This document shows, in pieces, positions 1 to 14,808 of a stretch of 64,000 bases of DNA (positions are counted from its first letter, which is position 1; each line of letters begins with the position of its first letter). The notes under the pieces are model-generated. The model was not told the origin of the DNA and made no database searches. It saw only the letters and a list, made by a program, of their open reading frames with translations. This DNA comes from the human T2T-CHM13v2.0 reference genome, Homo sapiens, in assembly GCF_009914755.1 (NCBI RefSeq), contig NC_060929.1, one strand, 5' to 3'. The translations under genes and the position numbers were made by a program.

Positions 1-350
1 ATTCCCCTCATAAATATCTACCCAAGAGAAACAAGGCTTGTATGTGAATGTTTGCAAGGGTATTATTCATATAGCTCAAAACTGGAAACAATCCAAATGT
101 CCATCAACTGATGAATAAAAACCAAAATGTTGAATATTCAACAATGGATTGCTATTCAGCAACAAAAATTAATAAACTACTGATACATGCTCCAACATGA
201 ATGAACCTCAGAAACATGCTCAATGATAGAAGCCAGACACTAAAGACTATATGTTGTATAATTCCATTTATATATACTTTCCAGCAGAGGTAAATGTATA
301 GACAGAGACAAAAAGCATATCAGTGCTTGCAGGAGCTGGGTGTTACTGGA
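1..350 (+). mobile_element. Old L1 (L1M) 3'-end fragment
   Basis: Matches recalled L1 3' motif (aaactggaaacaatccaaatgtccatcaactgatgaat ... gaacctcagaaacatgct). Confidence 0.75.
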
Positions 351-1664
351 GTTGATTTACCTTATCAACAGCACACTCAATTGAGGTGGTCTATGAATGT
401 CTGCTGCTAAAGTTCTTAGAGGTTCCCTGGTCACCTCCTTTCCTAATATTTGTGCAATTCTTCCTGCAAATCTGTTAGGTACCTTAGTCTTGTAATATAT
501 TTTGTTTTCTTTTGTGTAGTCAAAGACTGTTAAGGTTTCTAAACATGCCTTAGTCACATCCCAAATCAAGATTTGGTTGTACAATTATTTCTTCCACTCC
601 ATGAAATACCCTGGCCATCATTGTGTACACTTTTTTTCAGTTTAAGTTAGAGTCATTTCTTTAGTAGTAGAAAGTAATGCCAATGATAAGGTTCCAGAGC
701 TAGCCCACTAGAGACATCATGAATTGAGAGTTCTGGATCCTGAAAGGCAAAGGTCACGTGGTTTAGCACAGGAGGAGACTAAGAGTTTCTGCTTCAGTTT
801 TGGAAGAGTACTACTCCAAAACACATTACACATGTGCATGCACACACACACACGCACACTTATGTATGCACAGTTCTCACTCTTTTTCTGATTATTTCTA
901 GGACAACCTATTTAGCTTTCTTCTTAAGAATATAATCAGCACTCCTCTTTCAAACATAAGACTACTTACAGATCTTTCCTTACCTGAAATTACTCCTAAA
1001 TTATTCTCTACTGTCAAAATTTCCTTTCAGATTCCATAGAGTAGATTCATAGCAGATCCCACTCATTCAAAACCAAAACAAGAAGACTAACAGTCATCAA
1101 AGCCTCTTCTTGTAAGTACATCCCACACTTATCTTATATACTTTCCCAGCTCTAGCATTCTCTTCCTGTCCCTGTACACCCCAGAACTGCTCTCTCCAAA
1201 GTCACCTCCTGGTTCTCAGTCTAGTAAGTACCTAAAATCTATCATGTACATCTTTCTCTTGGTTTTTTCTGTTGCTGTATTTACTGGGGTTTACTTTTTT
1301 GAATTTTTGGTTTCTGGTTGGCTCTTATGGGCCTGAGCCTCCTTGTGAGGAGCTCTTTTTATTTTTTTCACTGAAACTTTGCCATCACTATTCCTATGAT
1401 GTTGTATTTGAAGGTGTTGGGTTAGCATGCAGATGAAATCAAGAGGCCTGGAGATAAAGAAATAGCTGAAAATTGGAGCCGTGAGAATGATTACAGAGTT
1501 TGGAAGCAGAACATGGCATGGAGGTTGGAATTTTAAAATGTATCTCAGAAGTCCATGGTAGAACAGTCACATTGGCCAGAGTGGCAGGGCTGGAACAGGC
1601 CCAGGTTTGGTAAGTTTCCCTGAGAGATTTATAGAGGGATACTGTTACCTCTTCTCCACACGAA

Positions 1665-1732
1665 AGAGTTTGAAACCAGCCTGGGCAGCATAGTGAGACC
1701 TCATCTCTATAACAACAACAACAAAAACAACA
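1665..1732 (+). mobile_element. Alu fragment (end of left arm) with (AAC)n tail
   Basis: gagtttgaaaccagcctgggcagcatagtgagacctcatctct followed by aacaacaac. Confidence 0.8.
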
Positions 1733-2156
1733 ATACCCCCTAGAGCCAAAACCTTTTTCTTCCTTTAAATTTTGTGACTATCCTCCCTCCCAGTTTTCCT
1801 TGGGGCTTGATTTTTTTTTTTTGGCTATTTGTTGTATTTGTCTGTTTAATGTTGTCCACAGCACTTTTCCTGCTACAAACATTCCTGGTGTATCTATATC
1901 TCCTCCCAATCTTAAGTCAAGTGCTATATCTTAGTTCTAGACATTTTTCCTAAATTTCATTTCAGAATGTTGTCCATAAGGGATCTCAATATTTTCTGCT
2001 CTTTCCTCCCAAAGCTGCTCTTCCTTCATATTTTTGGACCTAAATTATGACACTGTTTACTTAATTCTCCAAGACATAAATCTAAACTCCTCCTTCTGCT
2101 TTACTATTAAGAGTAGATTAAGTCCATTAAGAATACTGCTTTTACAACCTTCTAAA

Positions 2157-2338
2157 CCAGTGGTTCTCAACATGGGGTTTGCAGACCACAAGAAGGAGCT
2201 CACCTGGGAACTTGTTAGAAATTAAAATTTCAGGCCCCACTCCAGACTTATTGAACTAGAAACTCTGGGGATGGGACCAGCAATTTGTTGTAACATGCCC
2301 ACGGGCTGATTCTGATGCACACTAAAGTCTGAGAATTG
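2157..2338. mobile_element. MER5A-like hAT-Charlie DNA transposon
   Basis: cagtggttctcaa ... tgagaa termini; internal cacctgggaacttgttagaaat...caggccccac...gattctgatgca. Confidence 0.8.
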
Positions 2339-2654
2339 TTCAAAACTAGTTGTTAATCCGAGAGATCTATGGTTGGACTTCAGGAGGACCAGAAAGCATC
2401 AGTAATTGTAGCTAAAAGTGAGTTTATGTCCATATATATTTTTCTGAGTGGACAGCTTTTATTCCTTTTATCTTCAAATGAGTTCAGTGATTCTCAAATT
2501 TGGGGCTGTTCCTTGCTTTCCATTACTACCACCTCTTACCTTTGTTCATGACCTCATTATAGCTTATTCAGATTATTGCAATAACCTACCCAGTTTCTTT
2601 GCCTCTAGTCTGAACCCTTTCCAATGTATCTCCAGGTTGCAGTGACAGTCATCA

Positions 2655-2985
2655 CTTTCTTTCTTTCCTTCCTTCCTTCCTTTCTTTTTTGAGACAGGGT
2701 CTTACTCTGTCACTCAGGCTGGAGTGCAGTGGCACAATCACAACTCATTTTCACTGTAGCCTCGAACCCCCAGGCTCAAGCAGTCCTCCCGTCTCAGCCT
2801 CCCCAGTAGCTGGGACTACAAGCATGCACCACCATGCCTGGCTACTTTTTTGTTGTTATTGTTTGGTAGAAACGGGGTCTCTCCATGTTGCCCAGGCTGG
2901 TCTCAAACTTCTGGGCTCAAGCAATCCTCCTGCCCTAGTCTCCCCAAATCCTGGGATTACAGGCATATGCCACCGCACATAGCCA
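2655..2985 (-). mobile_element. Alu (AluJ-like)
   Basis: Antisense dimer with (TTCC)/T tail. Confidence 0.9.
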
Positions 2986-3387
2986 GTCATTTTAGAACAT
3001 GAATCTGATCAGGGTCACTCTTCAGCTCCGAGGTCTTCAGTGGCTCCCAGCTTATGATAAAGTAATCTCTACCATGACAAATAATACCCTTCATAAAGGC
3101 TTATTCCTTTGCATGCATCTCTAGTCATTTTCAGCCCAGCAATAACAGACTTTGAATCTTCTGTACCTCACTCGAGCTCTCTTTTACCTTAACCCTGCCT
3201 TTGCATATTCTACATGCTCAGTCTGGAATGCCCTTCACTGCTCCTCCTTCCCTCCTTGCCTGGGTAATTCCTATTTGTTCAATATTCAGCTTAAGCAATA
3301 TTTCTTCTGGGAAGTATTCCATTAGAACTAAGTTTAAGAGGCCCTCCTGTGTGCTCTGAATTCCTCCATGCTTATACCTATGGTAAT

Positions 3388-4832
3388 AATAATTCTCAAA
3401 CATTTTGGTCTTGAGTCCCTTTACATTCTTAAAGATTATTAAGGACTGTAAAATGCTTTTATTACTATCCACATTATAAATTAAACCTGAGAAATTTGGT
3501 ATTTTGAGATTCATTTAAAAATAATTATAAGCCCATTATGTTAATAGAAATGACGCATTTTTTTCTTAGAAACCGAGATTGAAGGCAAAATGATGCATTT
3601 TTATGATAAAATATTTTTCCAAAAAATTGGTGAGAAGAGTGGCATTGTTTTACATTTTTCAAACCTTTTTAATGTCTGCTTTAATAGAAGACAGCTGAAT
3701 TCTCCTATCTATGTATTCTTTATTTTTTTCCAACTTTTATTGTAGGTCCAGGGGTACATGTGAAGGTTTGTTACATAGATAAATTCATGTCATGGGGGTT
3801 TGTTGTACAGATTATTTCATCATCCAGGTATTAAGCCCAGTGCTCAATAATTTTTTCTGCTCCTCTCCCTCCTTCCACCCTCCACCCTCAAGTAGACCAC
3901 AGTGACTGACGTTTCCTTCTTTGTGATCATGAGTTTTCTGTGTATTCGATCTGTTGTGATATGTTTTGGTTGAAATATATGAGGGAAATCTGATCTCATA
4001 AAGATAAGGTGTTGGAAAAGGGAAAACTACTTTATAGCCTTTCCAGATAGTTCTAGATATTATTCTTTGATACGGTACCAAACTTACATGTGGTAGTTTC
4101 TTAGCCTTCATTGCAGTGTGGACTGAATCTGAAACCACATCAATTAAGCACTGAAATCCATCAATCTATCTTGCACATACCAGAGGCTTTTTGCCTTTGT
4201 AATGGCACCCACTGGCCATTTGAAAAATAGGTGTCCACTAAGTTGTAAAGATCACAAAAATGTTGACATATTTCATTATATAGTCAAAAATAAATTGTTA
4301 ATATAATGCTTCTTTTACTAGAAAAGTCTTTAAGTACTGGCAAGCTGTCAAGCTCAAGCTGGTGGATACAAGTGTAATAAAATTTGTATTTTTAGGTGAA
4401 AATTCAAAGAATTACACTAGTGCTTTTTCCGGAGACAACCATTTCACTTGGGCATGTAGCGGCAGTAGTTTCCATTTTTTCACACATATTCTTTAAAAGA
4501 CGTGTAAGCAAGGATGGATTTGAAAAAAAAATACAATTTTTAGTTATTTGTGAAGGACATTTTTAAAGTGAAACTAGCATACTTTAAAACCTTAAATGTT
4601 GTATGATGTGAAGAATACAAAATGCAACTACCAGTACAAGACTGGCGCCACTGCCTTGATTGCTGCTAAGGTGTCAGCAGTTTAATCTTTTACGTTACCA
4701 GTGCAAATGGCAACAAAGTGAAAAAGGTCAAGAAACTCTTAATATTATTACGAAAATCGTTTTGACCTTGCCAACTTACTGAAAAGGTCTCGGTACCCTT
4801 AGGGATCTGCGGAGGGCATTTTGGGAGCAGCT
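3388..4832. mobile_element. hAT DNA transposon (Arthur1-like), interrupted by an L1 3' fragment
   Basis: Left end ttctcaaacattttggtcttgagtccctttacattcttaaa and right end aaaggtctcggtacccttagggatctgcgg...gggagcagctg resemble the recalled Arthur1 termini. Confidence 0.6.
3720..3935 (-). mobile_element. L1 (L1PA/PB-type) 3'-end fragment
   Basis: aacttttattgtaggtccaggggtacatgtgaaggtttgttacatag ... ccaccctcaagtagacc. Confidence 0.8.
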
Positions 4833-5199
4833 GCCATGGACTCACTACTGTTGTCTCTCATTAGGTTGCAAGTTCTATGTGAACTGTCTTTAACTGTCTG
4901 TTACGTGCCCTTGCCTAATAGTGCCTGGGACATAGCACTCAATAAACATCAACACCTGTGGAACGAGGGAATTAAAAACAGGTTATAAACAACCCCTGCA
5001 CAGCCTTCATCTTACTGCCTCTTTCCTTAATTCAACCTGAACCTACGCATTTTGTAAAATTTTGTTTTTTTCACAATTAGGACGCCTGCCAACTTTTAAA
5101 AATAGTTGGAGTTGGGGTGCTGCCTGTATGTGATAAGGCTGCCCTATAGTTTGGTCAAGTGTTCTTCCGTGTTGTCCAAGAGTCATTCCTTCTTTACAG

Positions 5200-6330
5200 T
5201 CCCGCACCAGTAGGCCAGGCCGCTTGGTTTCCCAATCCGAGACCGGAAGGAACCGGGTAGACATGAGCACAAGACTCTCATCGACTTTTGGGGAAAACAA
5301 AAACACCGATAAAAATCCAGGCGGTGAAACGAGCAGCAACAGCCCCAGGGACCCGGGAGCTGGAGGCCGCAGCCGCGCGAGAACCGCCGGGTTGCCGGGG
5401 CGACGCTTCCGGCTGGCGCGCGCAGCCCCGGGAGCAGGGGAGTTGTGAAATGGGCGGCTAGATCTGCCCGGCGCTGTGAATTCGCCAGCGGGAGCGCGCT
5501 CGCGGCCGCGCGTTCTCCGCTTTCCCGGCTCCGTCGCTGACGCGTCGTAGACGTTGGGGAGCGGGAAGGCAACGGCAGCGGGATCGGGATGAACAGCGGC
5601 GGCGGCTTCGGTTTGGGCTTAGGCTTCGGCCTCACCCCCACGTCGGTGATTCAGGTGACGAATCTGTCGTCGGCGGTGACCAGCGAGCAGATGCGGACGC
5701 TTTTTTCCTTCCTAGGAGAAATCGAGGAGCTGCGGCTCTACCCCCCGGAGTAAGTGCTGGAGCTCGGCTGGGGGAGGGGCGCGGGCGCCATAGAGACCTC
5801 GGGAGCCGAGGCGTGGAGGAGAGCGCGGACGCGGGCGCGCGGTGCATGTCACGTGATCGCGCCGGCTTACCTTGGTGCCCATATTTGATTAGGGCACCCG
5901 GGTTCCGCCGTCCTGCTCTCCTTAGTCGGATTTGGGGGGTTAACTACTGCACGGAGCCCTTACCAAGGATTTAGAATGGTTGCCCTTTCTGTGCCTCCGG
6001 GACTTGTGTTCGCTGCTGGGTCTTCGAATTCCGTGCCCCCACCCTCTTATTTCCCCCCGAACTTAAGATGGCCGCAGGTGGGCCCGGAACAGCCCTCATG
6101 GCAAACGTCTCAGAGCGTTTTTCCACTCTGAAAATCGCGGAGACCGCGCCTGAGCCACAGTCCAGTTTTTAAGGCCTTGGTGTCAGGCCGTTTTGCTGAC
6201 GAGAAAGCCTGCTGCTGGTGACAAGATGGAACTGGGGCTGTGTTTGTTTCCCAGGACGGTCGCACAAACTTAGCATTTTGGTTTATCTAACCGAGCGCAT
6301 CCATGTTCCCAAAGATCATGTCTGTTAGCC
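5200..6330 (+). promoter_or_regulatory. SREK1: CpG-island promoter / exon 1 region of SREK1
   Basis: Sharp rise in GC and CpG against AT-rich flanks. CCAAT at 5232, ETS cores CCGGAAG (~5243) and CTTCCGG (~5406), CRE-like TGACGCGT (~5538), E-box GTCACGTGAT 5848-5857, YY1-like AAGATGGCCGC 6065-6075. No clear TATA box. Confidence 0.85.
5589..5749 (+). CDS. SREK1: SREK1 coding exon 1 (MNSGGGFGLGLGFGLTPTSVIQVTNLSSAVTSEQMRTLFSFLGEIEELRLYPP-D), N-terminal half of RRM1
   Basis: ATG at 5589; RNP2-like IQVTNL; donor GA|GTAAGT at 5750; 161 nt, phase 2. Confidence 0.96.
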
Positions 6331-8149
6331 CTTTTGACAGCAGATTAAATTTTCCTCCTGAAAGGTCACACTGTCCCAAAGCTTTCAGAAAAAGTGTAAG
6401 TCGGTGCAGGGTTATCCCTCCCGTATACATTTAAAGTCCAGATCTTGGCTGGCATTCACAGCTCGCGGCCACTTCCCAGATAGTGTATTTTGGAATGGTA
6501 AAATTTCCCTCGTACGATATTATTTAGAAAACTCGCAAGGGGTTTGTAGGTTGTTCACATTCTTGCACACAAACTTTTTTTCTTTTTTAATGGTAGATCT
6601 TACAGTATTAAGATCCTCCGTTTTTTGTTCATTATATCAAAATCCTTTGAGGGAAGGGGTAATTGTTACCCAAGATTTATTTCTTTAAAAAAATTTTGAT
6701 TTATTTCCTAGTGATGCATTTAGACCTATTTTTCTTTAGTTTTCTATCTCAGGTTATAACAGTGCTGTTGCATAACTATATAAAAGTTGTGTGGATATTT
6801 AAAATTTACTTTTTAAGTTTTTCTTCTCTGCTTTTTGTTTTGGAATATTTCATGCATACAGAAAAGTTGAAAGAGTAATACATTGAACATCCATGTTCCT
6901 TTTACGAGCATTTTGTCTGTTTTTGGCTACAGTTGATTATTAAAATTTCCCCAGTTATTTTAATAATGCTTTTTTGTCTGCTTTTGATCTAGTATGTAAT
7001 TAGATAACACTGTCTCCCTTGAATATGCCAAGTAATCCATGTATTAATAGTTATCTCCTTTAATCTAGGACAGTCCCGTCCCCTTTTAAAGATTCTAAAG
7101 TCGTGACATTGATATTTTGTTTTGTAGTTCATTTTGTCTTGTAATATGACTCATAATCTGAGTTTATATAGATGAGATATATAGATGAGGTATATAGAGA
7201 TATGTGTATATATATATCTTTATATTCGTGACGAGATTCAGGTAATACATTTTTGACGAGAATACTGCATAAGTGCACGCACGTACATTTTGATTGATTA
7301 ACCGTGGCATTATTGCTTTAATTATCTTAACTTTTGGAAATGCTTTCAGCCATCTCAATTTAAGTTCTCAGAACATTTCTTAATAGTTGAGAATAATTGA
7401 GAATTGTTTGGGGGAGTGCCGTATCCTGCAGGCATTGGAATCAATCAGTAAAATACTTTGTACATGAACCTTTGTAAATCTTGCTTTCAAGGCTGTGGTA
7501 ATAAGGTATCTCATAGGTAGAAGAAATATATTGGAGAATGTTCTTCATTATCAACATAATATTTATTTGGTTGAAACCTGGGTTTGGGTGACAACACATT
7601 GCCATAACTGACAGTAATGGGCCACTTTTTTGAAATCAGATGTTATTACTTGGAATTTAAAAGTCAAAGAGAATAAAAAGTTCTTCACTTAAACATATGG
7701 AAGATTACGGTAGTGTATTTCACAAACTGTAACACATTAAGCAAAATTGTTGCATACGTGTAATATATATAGGCCAGGCAAAATCCTTAACTAGTTTTTC
7801 CCTAAGTGCAATACTAGATCCCTCATTCATGTTTTGCAGCAATACTGACATGCTTTATTCACAGGTTTTCTGCTTCGTAATGAAGTTGTCATTGCCTGGT
7901 CCTTATATTAGAAGACGTGTTTGCAAATTTGGACTGAAATGGATACAAAATGCAATAGTAGTAGTTGTATTGAAAATATATTGTTTTGCAGTGTCACATA
8001 AATTATTTTATGACATCTTTAGAGTTGAGTAGAAATTTAAATTGTTTTAAAATTGGAAATATATTTATTTTCAAATACATATTTCCAGGTATATTGGAAA
8101 TACATTAATAGAATGTGAAAATAGTTTCTCATTAAAATTTTATGATTGA

Positions 8150-8277
8150 GCCAGGTGTGGTGGTGTGCACCTATAGTCCTAGCTACTCAGGAGGCTGAGG
8201 TGGGAGAACAGCTTGAGCCCAGGAGTTTGATTCCAACCTGAGTAACATATTGAGACCCCTATCTCTTAAAAAAAAAT
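8150..8277 (+). mobile_element. Alu monomer (FLAM-like)
   Basis: Single ~125-nt arm with A tail. Confidence 0.8.
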
Positions 8278-9005
8278 GACTTAAATGACTTAAGTTGCTA
8301 ATATGAAAATTCAGATTTTAAATTTAATTCTTTTGGCATGATGCAGTGGTTGAGTTTCATCTTTATCTTTTAAACGTTAAGAATTTTTTAAGGCTAGGGA
8401 ATTCTTGTGAACATTCACTGTAAGCATTAAGAATTCTTATTTGTAGTTTGTCATCCTTTTTTTGTGCTGCCAGTTGATAAATATGTAGAATTACTATTAA
8501 CTTTTTGCACAATAAATCAATCTCACAGCTTGTGAAACTTTCTTACACAAGTAAGAAATCCTTGTTGTTTTTTCAGTAAATTTTTCATTGAGGTTTAATG
8601 TACCTACAGAGAAGTGCACAGGTCGTAAGCGCAGGTTGATGAATCTTTACAAAGTAAACATACCTATATAACCAGCACACAGTCAGGATTATCTGCACCC
8701 TGTAAGTTCCCCGTGACCCCCTTCAAGTAACTAAAACCTGAAGGGTAAGCCTACCCTGATTTGTAACACTAGACATTTTTCCTGTGTTGATTTTTTTTGC
8801 TTGTTGATTTCCGTCACTTCTCTGGTCTTCTAAAGTTCTAAGAAAGAATGGAAAAATCTGTCAACTACTTAAGTTTATTTAGTTAAAAAAAATGTAACCA
8901 CTAAAGCCACTTTATAGAAAATAGAGAAAAGGAAACAGCACTTGTGATCCCACCACTCTATCAAAGCTTCTCTCCATTTCCCTGTAGTCCTTTTCACATG
9001 CGTTA

Positions 9006-9603
9006 ATAAATATTGGACATATTACCTCATTGGTTTTAAAAATAATTGTATAGTGCTATCATTATGTAATATATGTAATATAGCGTAATCAAAGGAATCA
9101 CACTGTTATTTTACTTTTTTCACTTTGTCATAAGCATTTTCCATATTGCTGTCTTATTTATAGTAATATTTAGAGATTAGTAATTTCTGAGTGTATTGTG
9201 TGTTTTTGAAATTCTATTGTTGGATATTTTGATTGCTTTTTTTGGTATTACAAATTAGTGGATTTTAGCTAGAAATTGGGAGGTGTGTCTTTTTGATTGT
9301 CAACAATGATTAGAGGGCCTGTTGGCATTTAGTGGGTAAATGTTAGCAACTTATAAGTAGTCTTAAACAGGATGAATTGTGCTAATCCATAGGGCCACTG
9401 AAGCCCAGTGAAGAAACCCTGTTATAAATAATGCACCAACTAATATTTTTGTACATGATACTGTATGCTTCGCTCATGTTTTGGCATATCTTTTTTGGTA
9501 GGTCCTCTGTCCTCTAAAGGATGTGTATTAATGTACTGATAAAATACTGGACATATTATTACCTCATTGGTTTTAAAAATATTGTATAGTGCTATCATTA
9601 TGT
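9006..9603 (+). repeat. ~62-nt direct repeat pair (9006-9067 and 9539-9603)
   Basis: ataaatattggacatattacctcattggttttaaaaataattgtatagtgctatcattatgt versus ataaaatactggacatattattacctcattggttttaaaaatattgtatagtgctatcattatgt. Confidence 0.95.
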
Positions 9604-9829
9604 TTAATAAAAGACAAAATAACCAGTTAGGGCCAAGAAATTTAATTGATGCCCAAAAAGTTGGTTCTTTGGTTTCTGCGTGTACTACCCACTGAAAAGT
9701 TTTAATTTTTTTTGAAAAATTGATAAGATTTTGTATTTTAAAAAACCAAAACTTTAAGTCAACGAATGAGGTCAAACTAAAATCTGCTAAATTTGGGTAC
9801 TGCTATTTTCTTCTTAAAATTTATTTCTA

Positions 9830-9973
9830 AAATTTTATTTATTTATTTAGTTAAGTAGAGACAGGATTTCACCATGTTGCGCAGGCTGGACTCAAACTCC
9901 TGGGCTTAAGCAGTCCGCCTGCTTTGGCATCCTAAAGTGCTGGGGTGACAGATGTGAGCCACTGTGCCTGGCC
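9830..9973 (-). mobile_element. Alu left monomer (FLAM_C-like)
   Basis: gtagagacaggatttcaccatgttg ... gagccactgtgcctggcc with (TTTA) tail. Confidence 0.85.
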
Positions 9974-10275
9974 TGCTAGTTTCTATAGATGCATACATTT
10001 AGACCAAATGGAATATGTCATCCCTTTTTATGTGTTTTTTTTTCCCCCAAGGTCTTCTTCTGTTGCCCAGGCTGGTCTTGAACTCTTGGGCACAAGCAAG
10101 TACACATTTGTTTGATGAGCTATCTGTTTGTTGGCTTGCTACTCTAATAATTTTAGTTTATAATGGTCAAAATAAAATAGTGTTACCTTGCCTGAAATTT
10201 TCAAATATTTGCATTTTTATAAAGTAAATGTAAGTTGGTCTTTATTTTAAGGAAGGTAATTGGAAATGAAGATTA

Positions 10276-10711
<436 letters not shown>

Positions 10712-11947
10712 TCAGATGTAGTTGCATTACAAACCAGACTCAGAATTCCTATTCCTGTGGATGTTTTAAGTTTGAAATGAAGTAGATTTCAACTAGGGGT
10801 ATTTGGAAATGTGGTTTTAGTTTTCAGTAGTGCTTACTTAACATTTACATTCCTTCACAAAAGGATCCGTCAGTTTAGGAAATGTTGCTTCAGAGATGAC
10901 TGTCAGGCTCTTGAAGATTTCAGAGGCAAAAGAGTTATTCCTGTTGGAATTGCTAGGGCTTTAGTAGGTTATTATAATCACAGATTGTTTTTGGTTAAAA
11001 AGGACAGAAACAGTGTTACCCAAGGTACATCGAGAAGAGACATTATTATTAAAAAGAAAGATTTCACTGCGTTGAAAAATAAAGATTGTAGTACAGCCAG
11101 GCCTCATGGGAACTAGTACTGGGAACCAGAAGGGTATCAGCAATCAAGATGACTATCTGCTTCTTTCTCTGCAGTGGTTATTATCAGTTCAGTTTGTTTC
11201 TATCTACTCCATTTCTTTGCATACCTATTATGTACTCATCATCTGGCTTACAGCTTGCTGTAAGTCACCTTCCAGCCCAATAGAGAGAACCTGATTGATT
11301 GATCTAGCTCATTTGGTCGAGCCTGACTTCCAAAATTAGAGGTTGCTGGTCAGCCAGGGAAATGGGCCCTTGAGACTGGTGACTAATCATTTATGGCTAG
11401 AGAAGCTTATAGGATCTTTTGAGGGTTTCACATGAGGAAACCGTGCTAAGGCCTGTGCCAAAGCAATATAGAATGTCTTGGTAGCACATGTAGGAGGCTG
11501 TACCTAATGATTGCGGTATCTTAAGATGGTTTACCAGAAGACTTGGAAATTTGAGCCTTGAAGAAGAGTGGAATTAGCATTCAAAATGGGAGTTAGCGAG
11601 GACATCGTAACCAAATGGAACAGCATATATGAAGACCCATATGTTTGTGATGTGTTGCTGGAACCACAGGTATCATTTTTGGGTGCATTTCCATGACGAG
11701 GCAAGAACAGAATAGTACCTTTAAGGAAATTTGATATGTGGAGTGACACAATGAAATTTAGTGTTTAGAAAGATCACTGTGGGAGCTTTGGTGGAAGACC
11801 ATTAATAAGGATTTGAGGTTGGGTGCTGTGTGATTTCTTAAAAGCTGTTAAGTAATCCACATGAGAAATGATGAGGGTCTGAATTAAGGCATTGGTAATG
11901 AGAATGATGAAAAAACTAATGTGACAAATATTTACAAGGTACTCTAA

Positions 11948-12352
<405 letters not shown>

Positions 12353-13013
12353 GACAAAATATTTTTTAGACTAAATTCGTGGGGGTGGGAACTTTACTCA
12401 TTGTGGTTATTCACTCTGGGATGAAGTTGATGAGTCCCAGCCATCTTTTGAATGTTGCCAGTCGTTGTGGTGGAGGAAAAGAGTCAAACAGTGGTTCTCA
12501 GAGCTTCTTCAGAATAGTGACACATGTCAGTTCTGCTCATATTTAACTGACCAAAGCAGGTTACATGGCCACACCTAACTTAAAGGAACAGAAAAATGGA
12601 ATTTTATTGTGTACCTAGAAAGAGCTTTGGAAGTAGTTGGTGGGCAGTGCTTAGGATGGTCACACTAGTGACTCCTAGGTTTCGGACTTGGGTAGTATGA
12701 TATCTTTTACTGAAATATGGAATGCAGGGGACAGAGGGCAAGACTGGTAAGGAAGGAGGTTGATGAATGTATTTTCAACTTACTTAGTGACCATCAAGGT
12801 GTAATATTCCAGCAGGCACTTGTACCTGGGAGTCTAGAGCTCACAAGAGGCCTGAATTGGTGATTTGGTCATGTAAAGGTGGTGAGTTAAGTCTGGATGT
12901 GCATACAGTTAACCTCAGTGTCAGTACACAAGTTGCTTTGACTTAGGTGTTGGGTTGGGTAAGGAGGGATTTTTGTTGAGGGCTGATGTGAATCCTGAAT
13001 TGGATGCCCTTAG

Positions 13014-13362
<349 letters not shown>

Positions 13363-14674
13363 GGTACATCTTTTATTTTCAACTTTAATTAGCCTTACTA
13401 ATTGTGTTAATAATGTAAATAGTTTTAAGTTCTAAATGCAGATTCATTTTATTATCACATTGTTTGGTTAATAGCATAAATATATATAAATTTAACCGTT
13501 ATTAATGTGGTTATTCTACGTTGTTTAAAGATGGTTTTGTTCCTGGACGTGAAGAATTACAAAGAAATCTGGATTTTTGGATTTTAAAAACGGCTAATGT
13601 TTGTGGAATTGCTAATTTAATAGTATGTCAGAATGGTTTAAAGATTCTTGATTAGTTGAATGATTACAGTTGCATGAAGTTTGGAATTAGATGATTAGAC
13701 ATTAGATGTTAACTTTGCGATTTACTAGTTCTGGAATTGTAGTCAGTTTTCTTTCCTGTTTTGTAAACAAAAGTAAATGACTATTAAGTCATATATTTTT
13801 CAAGTGATCTCTCTTTTTTTAGTGTGAAAAATCTTAAATGTTTCAAATAGATTTTAATATAAAATCTATGTTACAGATTACGTATGTACTTAGTTCGGTC
13901 TTTTTTTTCCTGCTAAAGACAATTACAGATTTTAATGAAAAGTAATTATGGATAGGCTGACAAAATGATTATCCATGAGGATAGTATATTTTCGAATCTA
14001 ACAGGATGTATTCATTTTAGGAAAAGTTCCTTTCATTTGTGCTTTGTCTGGTTCATTTTTAGTATCGGCCTGCCTGGATTAAACTGAATCAAGTAGGACC
14101 AGTTAGAGTCTTTGTTGCCTATAAAATATGTAAGATTTTGTTTGTAAAATCTTTTGTCTGGAAAATCATCACTGTCCAGCTCTGGTGTATGCAAAATACC
14201 TCAATTTAAATTCCATACTACCTGACTCTTTCTAAGACTGTTGTGAAGTTTTTTAGTGATGTAAATGCTTGGGAAACACATTTAGGAAGAGTTGGAATGA
14301 TGATAAAATTTGAAATCTTGAGGTTTGGAGCTTTTATAAAGGGATTTTTGCTTACATATGATACACTTTTTGAGTTAATTTTTGGGTTAAATTAGCTTTT
14401 TTTACATTCACTCGGATTAAGGATTGATTAATTTGAGTTCCAAGTTTTACAAGTAAGGCAGTAGGCCTGCCTGGATTGCCTTCTGTTGTGGTAGACAAAT
14501 CACCATTAAATGACTAAGTTTCACTGTTTTATGTGTTAATGATCCTTAATAACAAAAAGTTTTAAAGTCTTAATTTCGTAAGATTATGTAAAGGTTAAGA
14601 AAGAAATTTTAAGTGAAAATGATAAAACCAAGCAAATGTTTATTAGTTCAATTGTTTTTCTTTTTATCTTGCAG

Positions 14675-14808
14675 CAACGCACCTCTTGCTTTTTCCTCCA
14701 AAGTATGTTATGTTAAGTTTCGTGATCCATCAAGTGTTGGCGTGGCCCAGCATCTAACTAACACGGTTTTTATTGACAGAGCTCTGATAGTTGTTCCTTG
14801 TGCAGAAG
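14675..14808 (+). CDS. SREK1: SREK1 coding exon 2 (D-NAPLAFSSKVCYVKFRDPSSVGVAQHLTNTVFIDRALIVVPCAE-G), remainder of RRM1
   Basis: Polypyrimidine tract plus TTGCAG acceptor; frame continuous with exon 1; RNP1-like KVCYVKF; donor AAG|GTTGGT; 134 nt. Confidence 0.96.

Noticed and set aside
820-870. (CA)n tract
   Set aside because: Short interrupted microsatellite of no special significance.
5183-5641. 152-aa antisense ORF (MGVRPKPKPKPKPPP...) over exon 1
   Set aside because: Non-ATG start. The PK repeat is just the antisense of GFGLGLGFG codons, and long ORFs are expected in CpG islands.
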